Origin: Laetmonice hystrix
Lineage: Eukaryota
Length of the DNA stretch: 64,000 nucleotides
Reading direction: 5' to 3'
Assembly (NCBI GenBank): GCA_965235115.1
Contig: OZ249444.1
Location: forward strand, 29,326,001 to 29,390,000
Positions 47,575 through 60,464 of the stretch are shown here, piece after piece. The position numbers were made by a program, and so were the translations under genes. Each line of letters begins with the position of its first letter. Position 1 is the first letter of the stretch. Under the pieces are notes generated by a model. It worked only from the letters and a program-made list of their open reading frames with translations. It had not been told where the DNA came from and did no database searches.

Positions 47575-49424
47575 ATATAAAATCATATCATGTTAACAAT
47601 GCAGCATACTTGCAGGATTCACTTGTATGTTTGTGGCGAGTGCTGGATGGACTCTTCATTTTCATTGAATGTCACATCATTGACAGTGAATGTCTTGTTA
47701 TGGTAGGCAGTGTGGCAAGGATCTGCAGTGCTGGTATTGGATTTTTAACGGTAGACCTACACGATTTATCTTAATACTGAACGAAACTATTACTGATTCT
47801 ACATTGATCACAGTTGTAAGAGTTTGTAGGAATTAACTGAAAACTTAAGTTAAGGCAAATTCTTTAGGACACCATTTAGTATCCTTGCTAATTTTTTCAG
47901 TACCGTTATATTTATTACATTGTTTCACAGTTTAAATGTGTAGTGAGTTTCTGAAGCAGCTTGCTGTGAAATGTTATTTCTTTCAAACATCAACAGAATT
48001 TCCATTTATGGATATTGATTGAAAATTAAGTGATCACCGGTAGGTTTACAAATTAAGGTTGAAATATTGCTTTGGACTTGAAAATAACTGAAGAACTAAT
48101 TCAAGTCTGTTCCATAAAACCAAATCTCAGAAAGTATAAAACTGCTGGTTGAAATTTTGTTGCCATAGGAAACGTACAGACAGATTTGTCCAGTCATGTA
48201 TAAAAGTTGATTGTGTCAGCCACTGCAGTGACACCAAGCTGCAACTAGCCGAGTTGTGTAATAACTATTATGTATGAGACATCAAATAGATTTCATCAGG
48301 TGCAGCATATGAAATGTGAGGGAATTGAAAAAAAATGGGCTTCAAGTATTTGAATTGGTGTTCATTATGCTAATAATGACAAGCACCTGGAACTGTTGGA
48401 CATATCTAAGTATGTGAAAGATGTGTTCTATAGCTTCTAATTTGACCAAATTAAAAAGGTTTGTTATAAAGCATTCGAAATGGCCACCATTTTGACATGC
48501 TAAATGTAAACACTCGGATCGAAAACTGGGAAAATCTGCCATTTCTTTTACTTCTGTGCTAGTTTTTGAATTGAAAAGCTATAGTTGCTTAAATTGTCAT
48601 GTGATACCAGGTAAATCATGCCTTAGAGTGTCGAATTTACCTGGTTTTGAGCTTGTAGAATCAAGGAATAATCCATTCAACGGTAGAATATTGCAAACAA
48701 GTTAGATTTTTAAAAGACCCATTGTAAAGTCAAGCTTATTTACATAATATTATCGTAAAAATTCAGCTTGATAGTTTGGAGCCAGTAATTTCAGACCTGT
48801 TTTGAAGGGGAAAGGATTGGACATGATGGCATTCGATCCATGCAGGATTAGGTTCCTCAGTCCTTGGACAAGAATACCATTGAATATTTGAAAAATAAAG
48901 TTAACATAAACACAGTGGTCAATCAGGAATAATGCCAGGTGTGTGAAGGATAAGGAATTTCTTGAGGGGCCTTTTTTAAGTGAGAATGTTGAAATCTGTT
49001 GATTTGTATAAATGTAAATAACAATAAAACAGTTTATTTAAAAAAGAGTACAATTATTTCTTTCTTGTTCTTGAAGTTAAATTTAAGTTGAAATCAACTA
49101 AAAGTCTGTTTCACACGGTCTCCCAATCACCTACGTCACCAGCCGGCAGCACCAAGTTGACCTTATTCACAACGCCCTTCAACCCCCGCCCCCCCCCCCC
49201 CCCTACACACCCACCCACACTTTACCTGTTTGCCCTTGGCTGCATAGCCATAGAAATCATATTTATTAATTGAGTGGATACAAGCTAGACCTAGCCAGGC
49301 TGAACCACTACCCCCCCCCCCCCCCCCATTTCGACTATACTATATTTTTTTTTTTCAAATGGACGCAAGCAACTTGATGAACCATGATGAACCAACTCGG
49401 TCGTTCAGTGTGCATACGGTAGAA

Positions 49425-49438
49425 GCGACATCTGGTGG
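49425..49438 (-). promoter_or_regulatory. CTCF-like motif upstream of OBI1
   Basis: Minus strand CCACCAGATGTCGC, ~60 bp before the ATG. Confidence 0.35.
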
Positions 49439-49496
49439 ACGTATTAGAAAGCATTAAGTTACTGTTTGCTATTATTTGAGGAAACACAAGCGAATC

Positions 49497-52400
49497 ATGA
49501 TGGCGGACAAGGAGAAGTTAACGCCTGCAGGGATTGCATTTACTCTACCAATCTCCTGTCAGATATGTCTTGGAAAGGTAACTAGTGTGTAGTTTTTACG
49601 CACACAATAGACTTTTTAAAGTAAAGCTTGATTTCCATGAGAAAAATGATTATCAGGCATCCATTCCGGAATTCGTCTTTCGTTTTTGATATCTCAGACT
49701 CAGTAACTAACTTTGTTTACTGAGCTTTGCCTTGGCTTAGCCTTAGCCTTAGGACAGTTTAGGCTTTGGCTTTGCTTACCCAAGTAAAGTCAGTCTACAC
49801 TACTGTAGTGTGTCTGTGGTGTACAGGCCCGGGCGCAAATTCTCTCTCCCTCCCCCCCCCCCCCCCCCCCCACGAGCTCGGGACAAAAGCGAAGCTCATT
49901 TGTATCATGCCCGACCTTGAAATATCGCTCTCCTAGCCTTAACTAACCCAAAATCCCCCCCCCCCCCCCCCAAAGGCAAAGATTTTACAGTTTTGTCATA
50001 ATATGTTAAATCAAATAATATTACTGACATAATAGCAGAGCAACCCACCCCCTCTACCTGATGGTTGTGGTCGCTAGAGTCATAAAATAATTTTAAATTC
50101 CCAATAAAATAAGGCTGTGAATTATCTTGTTTTTTCACAGGTAAAACATCCCGTTCTGTGCCCAAACCAGCACGTCTTCTGTTCGCCTTGTATGGATGTC
50201 TGGCTTGAGCGCAACCAGCAGTGTCCGTCATGTCGCACACCCATCACAGAACAACAACCATGCAAGAAAATCCTTGGTACATTTCTTTTTTATTTCGAAA
50301 TATCTGATGCTGCTAGTTTTATTGTGTGGAACTGGAAGTATACTTCACGAACACTAGGTTAGGTGACCTCCATTCTACTGGCCCTGCTATTCTACACCAA
50401 AACTGAAACAAGTCCCTAAAGAGGTCATAATTGTGTGTGAAATGTTTCCAAACATCTTTGTTTGATACGTAGGTGGTTTATGTCACCACGAAGAGGATCC
50501 AGCTGACAGCTTTTCAAAGAACAAAGATCTTCGACGTTCCAGGATAGAACTGCTCTATAAAGATTATGAGGTAAGGTTATCACCAGACAGTTACTATCCG
50601 GATAGCTAGGCATAATATATCTTCTAAAGGATGGAAACAAATTTTAGTGTAAAAAAATATTCAAAACTTTCCCCCAAAAGGTTTCTGGTATTGGACTGAT
50701 TGTAGTCTTTCACCATTAAACACATTGCAGTATGTCAGTATATAAATAAATAAGAGGAAATCCCTATACATTTTGCAAAAAGATAATCTTGATACACAGT
50801 GAGATGTAGATTACAATATACCGTTGTTTTCAGGATGAGATGGAGCGTCTGCAATCAGAAGTCGATATGATTAGGCATGAAAGGAATCTGCTGGAGCATC
50901 AGGTTAAAAAACAACAGGAGAATAAGGGCCATGATGACAACAGCGACAAGACCAAGGGAGGTGCTGACGTCAACATGTTGATGATGCTGACCAAGAAACT
51001 GCAAGATGCCACCTCTCTCTACGAGACTGTGAAGAAAGACATTGACAAACTCAAGAAGGTTGGTTAACTTTGTTTTTACCATTGGTTCCTGTGTCATATA
51101 GAAGGCATATTCGTGATTCCAGGCCATGCAAATCCTTATAAAGAGATTGTCAACAGCCAAAATTTTCATGAATCAACTTTTTTCCTATATTCTACATGAT
51201 GTCCTGTCGATTTAAAATATTCATGAATGCTCACTTTGGAATGATACTTGTTGCCTCACTTGAAATGTTTCTTAACTCGTATTATTTGTAGATATAAGAT
51301 CCAAGCAGTATGAAACAGTAAAAATATTTGTAATTTGCAGGAAAATTCAAACCTCAAGGATGAAAATATAAATTTAGGACGAGAAAATCAGCGTCTACGC
51401 ATGGACCTTGCCAATAGATCTCCTCGCAAGTATGTTCTCATGCATTTATTACTTTGTTAAAGTAGAAAGGATATAAGAAATAAGATTATATGAGTGACGG
51501 GGAAACAACTAGGAAAGCTGGTGATTTTATCCACCTTAATATTTGTTCATTTTATACAGTTCATGTCATCAGATTTTAGTTGAAAATCCCAGTATTTGAT
51601 CCTCTCTGAAGACTGTCAATTTATGTTTACTTTTCTTGTTTCAAGGTTTGGGCGTTTTACTGTAGCCACACTGGAAACAAAACTGGACCAGTATGAGAAA
51701 GAGATGAAACAACTCCAAAAAGCTTTGGAACATAGTGATTCTTACATTGAGAATGTAGAGAAGGAACTAGCTGACTACCGACAGAAGCTGCAGCAGCAGC
51801 ATACATGTGTGCGCTGTAAGGCAGCGCTCTATGTTCAGACCATGCACGAGACAGAACAAGTGAGACAAGGCAAAGTAAACGATACCAGTGAAAGTGGTAC
51901 ACAGTCTGCGGGGGATTGTAACAAGGTGGGTACCTCTCAGGAAAAAGAAGACTTAAACAAGTTGATGCCACCTCCCGAAGATCCGAGTACACCTTCGAAG
52001 GCAGCTGTTGGTGTTAGGAAGACAGCGTCAGTGGACACTAGCAGGGGGATGTTACGTGGTGTGTCATCTTCCTCTTCATCAGTAGGAAAAGATGATTGGA
52101 GATTAGTGGAAGAACAAACTGATGACAATTCCTATATCAAATCAAAATCAGGAATACCATATGGTGGTGTTGATTGCAAGGCTAAGGAAAAACCAATAGA
52201 AAGTGGAAACAGAGACTCATACAAACCTAAACAAGAACATATTTCCACCGCCGGCAAGCCAGAAATTGTAGAAAACAAAAATCTCTCAAGTGTTTTAAGT
52301 TTTTATGGAAAACGTCCAGTGACTGTAGAAAGTAAAAAGGCAACTTTTTCTTACGCCGGAAAAGACATGGAAAAAATTCAAGACAGTGAAAATAAGGATG

Positions 52401-54346
52401 ATGATATATCATTTGAGCTGGAAGCTCCCAGTCCTCCCAAACATGGTGCCTCGACTCTGAAGAGTATTAGACATTTGAGCCTTGAACCGTCCGGAGATAG
52501 CGACACCCTCGAGGTCAATGCCTCATTAATGTCAGCCTCGTCTATGGAATCTTGCAAGAAGCGTCTGAAATTTGAAGGTGATATCTCGGGCCTGTCTCTC
52601 CCTTCAAGTTTCAACAGTCCACAGAAACCTGAAAAAGCTAAACAAGTGACATTTATTGATGGTGTAGACTTAAAAACCAGGAGTAAAAATGATAGTATTT
52701 TTGGGGATTCATTGCTCGATGTAACCCTACCAAGTGACAGTGGAACAGAACCTTTGGTGGATTCAAATCAAAAGTCTAAGGATGGGAGCTATGGCATGCA
52801 GGAAGAAGACCCTGATACATCAATGTCAGTAGACATCATGGATTGTATGAAGTTGTTTGATGGAGCAGAAAAAAGGTTGGGACAACTGCGAGCAGAACCA
52901 GCTGCTGGTCCGTCCAGACTTCAAAATGGTTTTGATGGTGTGGCCAACAGCAAAACAAATAGAGACAGCTCTGTGAATGTTCAAGTACCAAGTTCAGGAG
53001 GGGTGGGCACCACTGTCGTGACATCAGCAGCGGCGGCGGCAGCGGAGGCATCGGCGGCAGCAGACCAGTCCTACCTTGATTTTGTACGTCACACAACGGC
53101 GGGGATACCTTCAAATCGTTCCGAGTTAACATTACCATCAAGTAAACCCAGTGCTGCCTCCTACGGACCATTCTGTACATCATCTGGTGAGACCCATTCA
53201 ACTGTGGCGCCCCCTATAGGAGGTGGGCGGTCTGTCCAGGACATCCATTCCTGGACCACAGCTGTAAGTTCACACACTGCTAACACAAACGTTTTAGCTC
53301 AGTCACACCCTTCCACGCAAGACTCTACATCCACCCTCCAAGGAATGATACAAAGAGTGTCCTCTTTGGAAACAAACAGCAAGCGATCCTCATCAGCCCC
53401 TCCAGCAACCATCCCTGACTGGAAATCCACTCACTTCTTTGCTCAGGTACCGTCTGGTTTCGAGCAGAATAACTTGGGAAACAGACAGAGATCTGGTTCT
53501 CAAAGTTTTCCAGGACGATTGGGAGACCCAGCGAGACAAAGTATAGCAAGTTATCCAGACGTTCCAGGATTATCACAGTCATCAATGATAGGGCTTCATG
53601 GTAGTCTATCCCAGTCAGCCAGGCCAGGACATTGGAATGGGCCATGGCAGTCGTATGATCTACCAGGACTTCAAGCTGGTCTGCCCCATTCATCCATGCC
53701 AGGGCTTCAGGCTGGGCAATCCCATTCATCCATGCCAGGACTTCAGGCTGGGCAATCCCATTTATCCATGGCAGGACTTCAGGCTGGGCAATCCCAGTCA
53801 TCCATGCCAGGACTTCAGGCTGGGCTATCCCATTCATCCATGCCAGGACTTCAGGCTGGGCGATCCCATTCATCAGTGCCAGGACTTCAGGCTGGGCGAT
53901 CCCATTCATCCATGCCAGGACTTCAGGCTGGGCAATCCCATTCATCAGTGCCAGGACTTCAGGCTGGGCGATCCCATTTATCCATGCCAGGACTTCAGGC
54001 TGGGCAATCCCATTTATCCATGCCAGGACTTCAGGCTGGTCTGTCCCATTCATCAGTGCCAGGACTTCAGGCTGGGCAATCCCATTTATCCATGGCAGGA
54101 CTTCAGGCTGGGCAATCCCATTCATCCATGCCAGGACTTCAGGCGGGTCAATCCCAGCCATCCATGTCAGGACTTCAGGCTGGGCAATCCCAGCCATCCA
54201 TGTCAGGATTTCCTGGTGGTATGCCCCAGTCGTCTGTCCTAGGCAGTTTTAATGCACACTCTCAACCTATGACGTCAGAGTTTAGTTATGGAAGCGGAGG
54301 GTCATCCCAGGTCATGTCAGATCTAGGATGGGGATTTACCCAGTGA
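49497..54346 (+). CDS. OBI1: ORC ubiquitin ligase 1 / RING finger protein 219 (~1109 aa)
   Basis: Exons 49497-49577 (FTLPISCQICLGK), 50141-50276 (VKHPVLCPNQHVFCSPCMDVWL..QCPSCRTPI), 50473-50570, 50834-51058, 51341-51429 (NRSPR), 51646-54346 (FGRFTVATLETKLDQYEKEMKQLQKALEHSDSYIE..). Total 3330 nt, in frame. RING plus coiled-coil match RNF219/OBI1. Confidence 0.92.
53660..54210 (+). repeat. Coding 36-bp tandem repeat (PGLQAGQSHSSM)n, ~15 copies, in the OBI1 C-terminus
   Basis: Unit ccaggacttcaggctgggcaatcccattcatccatg, in frame within ORF 51596-54346. Confidence 0.95.
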
Positions 54347-55666
54347 CGATGGATTCTCCAGTACAGTTTATAGACTGTACATAGTGTGATTCTTAATTTG
54401 ATTGTAACTTTTTGCAGGATTTAATTTTGAAATAATGAACTGAAGTTTAATTTGATTGTGACTTTCCACATGATTCAATTTTGAATAGTGAACTGAAGTT
54501 TATGTTTATATTTTTTTTCAATCTGCAGAAAGCCAAAATATTTGATCATCAGTGTTTGATGCTACTTAATCTAGGAATATTCCTGGGGAAAGGCTCAGCT
54601 AATTGTCGAGAGGAGGGGGACCTGCCAATCACAATCGATACGAATCTTGTATTTGTTTTAAATATTTATATAAATCTCTGCAGCTGAAAACATTGGTGGC
54701 TCCACCGGGTGGAAGGTTGGGAACTATTTGTGTTGACTGTTGCTAAGCATTTCGAACCAATGTCCACTCCACTGTTTTCACATTCTATTCAATAAAGAGG
54801 GACAACTGTCCCACACTAGCCGAGGTATTTTTTATCATCGAAGTAAGCAGTTGTTAGGAAGAGAAAAGTGAATCCAGTATTAATTACTGAGATTTTGTCA
54901 TCCTGTACTGTTGTCAAAATGACATGTGGATTATAATTATACAGTGACTGTGATAGGAAGATATTGTATTGTTACTCTCAGGGAGTGTCTGTGCTGCTTT
55001 ATCCAGTTAAACTCTGTATTGATAATACATCGAGATTATTTGTCATACATTATGTACATGTTTGAAAGGATCTTGTATGGTTCATGACAATTTTAATGAT
55101 ATGGTACAACTTTTTTAAATAAAAGAAAATTCCACATATATCTTGTTAACTCTTTGCATAATTATTTAGCTCAGTTAAGGCCCCCCCCCCCCCCCCATCT
55201 TCTTGGAAATCGTTGATGATAGTGAAAGCAGGGGGGGGGGGGGGTGACTGCACAATTATGCCTGTTCAGTATTGAAATATTTAAATACCCGCTATTTAGT
55301 CATAAAAAAAAGTAATACGGGTTCCCATAAAGTAATAAACGGATATATTTAGTTGGAGGAATGTAATCGTATCAAATTATAATGCTGCCTTTGCTTTGGC
55401 CAGTTTGGGCTTTGTGGAAAGGGGAAAGGCCTACAAATGTACAATATTCACATCTATGCTAAAAACGCAATATCTGTAGTGGGGGGGGGGGGGGGTGAAC
55501 CTCCGGAAAACACACTTGCCCAGAAACCCCTAAAACATGATAGTACATGTATGAGTATGACAATGAGGGGTCTACGACCCAAGCGATACACGTGGTAATG
55601 ACATGTTTACTATGTTTTGTGAGTATCGAGGGGAACCCCATTCCGAGGCGTGAGGGGGATTCCCCC

Positions 55667-55674
55667 TGACGTCA
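55667..55674 (+). promoter_or_regulatory. CRE palindrome upstream of MSL2
   Basis: TGACGTCA ~140 bp upstream of the ATG, followed by an NRF1-like catgcgcacatgc. Confidence 0.45.
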
Positions 55675-55815
55675 CATAATCATGCGCACATGCTTTCACT
55701 CGTAGGAAGCCACCCTCCCAAACACAACGATCCTGATATTTTGATCGGGGCAAGCCATCATCTCCTGTAATTTCCACTTAACAGTGGCCTTGGCCGATCT
55801 GACACTGCGGCCAAG

Positions 55816-58188
55816 ATGAACGCGATCAGCCTATATATACAGGTAAGGTTGCTGCACTACAGCCGCTCGCGTGTCTGTCAGGGCGCCTGGGAGCACGCGC
55901 CTCGTACCCCCCCCCCGGTCATTGTGCAGGACTTGTCGGCGTGGGGTCGGTGTCGCTCGGCCCGGGAAGGCGGCCGGGGGGGGGGGGGGGAGGCCTCGTC
56001 AGGGGTGTGACCAAAGGCCCTGCTTGCTGCCATTTAGGCAGTGTAGGCCCTATATGATTTTGCAAGCAACGGCTAAATAAGATGATCTTAGTTTGACTAT
56101 AATTACCGAAATCAAACAAATTGCTTGGCTCAGGTTAACTTAGCCTAAGGCTAAGCCTAAGCCTAATGCTAAGGCTAAGCTAGGCCTAAGTCTTTTTAGT
56201 TTTTTAGGGTTAGGTTCAGGCCTAGGCTAGGGTTAGTTTCATTTTTGTCTCAAATTAGATGTTAAAGCAGTGTTAATTGTAGTCGGCTATTAAGCCATAG
56301 GCTAGACTGCCTAGAGCATTATCCAATACGCAATAGGATTGCAGCTTAAGTTAATGGTCACATGACCCTGCTAAATGCCAGCTAAATACACTACCTTTCA
56401 AATATTGTATTGACCATATAAGGCCACATAATTTTTTTTGTCGTTTTCAAAGATTTATTCAAGATTTAAAGTAAGCGTCAAAACAATGTTTCCCCGCCTA
56501 CTTACTAAGAATACATGAACAAGGATTTAAACAATAATTTTCATGTTTTCTTCCTTAATATATAGCTTGAAAGTTTCTATGGTCCTTTGTACCTTCCTAA
56601 CTTGCCTTCTGACCATGAATTTGTTAAAAAACTTCCCTCCCAACCTGGAAAAACTGGACGATGTGGATGCTGAACGAGTATTTTTTTTTATGCGGCCTTA
56701 GTTTAGCCTTTGTTTATAGTGTAGGTTAGTGTAAATGAACCCAAAAAACTGACATATTGATACAAATGTTCCAATGGTATGGAGGTCATTAACTTTGGCA
56801 GTGCATGCACAGATTTAATTAGCCTAGAATTCCATTTCCTCTCCTTGCAGACATGTCGTTACGTAATGCAAGCAAGACCTAATGACGCCGCGAGCTGGGA
56901 CAATCTATACCGGTATCTACCATACCTCAGGCAGTCACTATCCTGCTGTGTTTGTACCAACGTCCTCCACGTACCGATGGGCCCAGTCGAGACCATCTGT
57001 CAACACCATGTTTGTCGAGATTGTCGAGGAGGAAAAATGCGTCTCCGTCCATCGTGCAGTTGGTGCAAAAACTTCAACCAGTTTGTGGAGAACAGTCAAC
57101 TACGGATTATTGTTCAGTGTTTCAAAAAGCTTTGTGACTACTTGGCCTCATCCACCATACTTCACAACCTGGTCAGTATAAATAATGGTGGTACAAATAC
57201 ACTGGTGTCCATCATCCAGGAAGGCCGAGCCATAAGCGATGAATACCAGATCCATTCAAACAGTTCGATGGCGTTCACGATGCTGCCAGCTGGTAATGTG
57301 ACACCGAGACTGACGCCTTCTGTGGTTGTCAAAGACAGTCCACCCAGCAGGCATCAGCACAGCGAGAGCACGAGAACCACAATGGAGGAGGATAAGCAAC
57401 CTTCCAGTTCATCACCATACAAATCAGAAACAAGGACAGATGAAGACAGGGATAAACAGACAGAGTGTGACAGTGGTAGCCGGACACATCCGACCGAGAA
57501 CTTTGTGATGGACAGTGTAAACCCTGTCTCTGAGCACAATGGCACCGTGGAGGACCATGAAGACCACAGCTCGGAGGCACACTCACATCACAGCCAGAGC
57601 ATACATTCCCATCACAACTACTCCTCCAGCGAGCCAGCATCATCAACCCCAAACTCTCCGGCATACGAACAGACTTGCTTAAGTCAGACAGTAGCAGCAG
57701 AACATGACTATAACAAAGACTGTAAGAGTGCTATCTATTCTGTGTCAATGTCAAATGATGATGCTCCAAGGTTAAAAATCCGGCGTACTGATCGCTATCA
57801 GCACTCCCATGTCACATCTACAGCTACCCCTCGACGGCGCTCGTTTCCTTCAGAACTCAGCCAAGAGTCTGATGCTTCTAGTGCTGGCCCATCTTCTACT
57901 GTTGAGAAAAAACCTAGAGCTCCATATAGGTCCAAATTAAAACTAAAACCCAAACCCAAACCCAAGGGTTGCCGTTGTGGGTTAGCAACACCAACACCTG
58001 GAAAATTAACATGTTGTGGCCAGCGCTGCCCCTGCTACTCGGCTTTCAAAGGCTGCCTACCTGACTGTAGGTGTCGGGGGTGTCGCAATCCACGGAAAAG
58101 AGACATTACTGACATGCAAGTGACTGTCATATCAGATGAACAAGATGGGCCTGACAGTGAGGAGAGTGAAATTGAAGTTGATGTGTAA
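55816..58188 (+). CDS. MSL2: E3 ubiquitin ligase MSL2 (RING plus CXC), 454 aa
   Basis: Exons 55816-55842 (MNAISLYIQ) and 56851-58188. RING: LPYLRQSLSCCVC..CQHHVCRDC..PSCSWC. CXC: CRCG..TCCGQRCPCY..C..CRCRGCRNP. Confidence 0.95.
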
Positions 58189-60464
58189 AAGAAAGAAGAG
58201 AAAAAATTGTTTGTTTACCATATGTTTCTGCTTAGATAATGGTATTTTTCCTAGATCTCCCACCTTACTCAGGCTGGAATGCCAGGACACAAAAACTTTG
58301 ATATGTTGTGTCTCTCCTATACTGATTTATAATCAAGTAATGGAATAGAGTAGAAGGTGACGTACGGGAATTTCTGTGGTACACATACACCAACGATCAT
58401 CAGATGGACTTCTTTGAAGAAGAGTACTGAGTGCTTTGCGGGTACGTTGTTAAGCGACTGAGATCAAGAATTTAGACACGACGGTTGCATGGTCAAGTTT
58501 TTAAATGGTCAATGGAAGTACAAATTAAAGACATGATTATGGATTTAATATGTATTTTATTACGTGACCTCGTACAACTGGACCAGGTAGTACTGTCCAG
58601 TGGGACAACCCGTCACCTTACTCTGACAGTAGTGAGGGGTTTGTCCTATTTATAATGATGTACACATGGATAGAGACTACATACTGGCTACATAACCTTG
58701 ATGTGTGTAGATGGTTGAGATCTTCTAGGTCTCCTTGTGGGAAGTAGTGGATCTGACACAAATTTTCTATTTGTTATATTGGAACACAGACTGAAGGATC
58801 ATGGCCCTTCCCTAAGGATTATTGTTATCAGGAACGGAAACTTTGCAAAACAAATTTCATACCGATACCTTGACTAAAAAAGTAGCCTGCAAAGAATTTC
58901 CTACATGTTTGAGGGGCAGGTGGTACAGAAACGTTACAAAGATTTCTTCATGTCCTATTATTAAATCATAGTGAGATAAATTGACTTGTAATTGTGGCTC
59001 ATTGTTATATGTTTTACAAAGGTAGAGTTCTTTACTTCACTGGGTTTCTGTTGACTGTTGTATTATTACTCACAAACCTGGATGTTTAGTGAATCCAGGA
59101 TTTTACGTGGCCATTCATTTAAAATGATTTCATAAAAATTGGTATTGTGTGGTGATCCGTTATAAATTACCACTGTCACTTATTCCCCCATTGAAAACTT
59201 GAATGAAACCGAATACAGCTAATTTTATAAAGACGCCAGACAAAGGGCAGCTAATACTTGGAATGAAGTCAAAAATAATATTAATGGCACGTGGAAGTTA
59301 CAAAACTACAAGAGGATAATTCCAGAGCAATTGTGATATCTCGAGGTGCAAATAAGTGTGACTTCAACTTTTAGTAGTTTTAGGTTGTGTTCAAGGTCCG
59401 TGTTCAAGTGACTTTTACCCGAGTCTTTCAGCAGTCAACTCCTCAGCTAGTACCCAATCGTGGTGTATATGTAAATGGTAGAAGGGAAATGATGGAGTTT
59501 AGTTTTTGTTAAATCCTTGATGCACCGCATAAAATTTACCCTCTTACTCAGACCAGTGAGTAAACCACCGAATGTCTCTTGATAAATTAAGTTCCTGTCC
59601 CTATATTGAATCAAAATTACAGAATTTAAAGATTCCCAGGAAAAGGTGTCTATGATCTGACATTCTATTAGAAACCATGTACCATATTTGTTTCTCCCCT
59701 GGCCATGCTATTCTCCACAACATTGTTTTTGACAGATAACGATAGGACACACTGTTGTTGAATACAGTCCTTGGTTGTTTTTATATCTGAGAATCAACTA
59801 GCTAGCACATTTAGCCATAGGAAGGTGTGGTGTATCACAGGCAGGAGTGTGTTAGAACTACAGCCCTTGTATCATGGTCAGCTGGTCGAGGTGGTCAATA
59901 AATGGTGAATATCACAACAAAACTTTCTGGATGATAACTTTTTTTTATTTTTTATTAATCGTATTTAAACAGGATATCCCGCTCGGCTATATGATGCCGT
60001 CACAAATGCAGATCCCTGCACTTCACCAGTATACATTCTTCTTGTTGAGATAAAAGTTTCAACGTTGTATTATATATGTACGTATTGATTTCAATGTACA
60101 GTAGGTTCCCAACAACCAGCACATCACAGTCAGGCAGCTGAACAATTTCTCATTTTTCCAAGGATTTCTAGCAACACAGACCAAGGTTTCACTAGCTCTA
60201 CATCATATCTTGGCATTAGAGCCTATAGGTAGACCAACTGTAATCACTTCTTATGGACTCGAGCAGAGTGTAGGATTTTGTACTGGTGTACCAGACAGCC
60301 CAGAGCATTGGCAATAAAATGATGTAAGACATTGCAGCACTGTTTTGTCATGTTTTGATGAGAGAAATCAACTTGATAGAGCAAAATGAAAGTGAACATG
60401 AAATATCCTTATACGTCTGATGTTGTTTTCATATCTTAATTCTATGTTTGGACACTACTCTTCG

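Noticed and set aside
53325-54242. 290-aa minus-strand and 214-aa alternative-frame repeat ORFs
   Set aside because: Shadows of the OBI1 coding repeat.
57968-58090. Extra Cys (TCCGQR) in the MSL2 CXC domain
   Set aside because: The CRC and RCPC arginines and the metal ligands are retained, and I recall this variant in other invertebrate MSL2 proteins; not distinctive.
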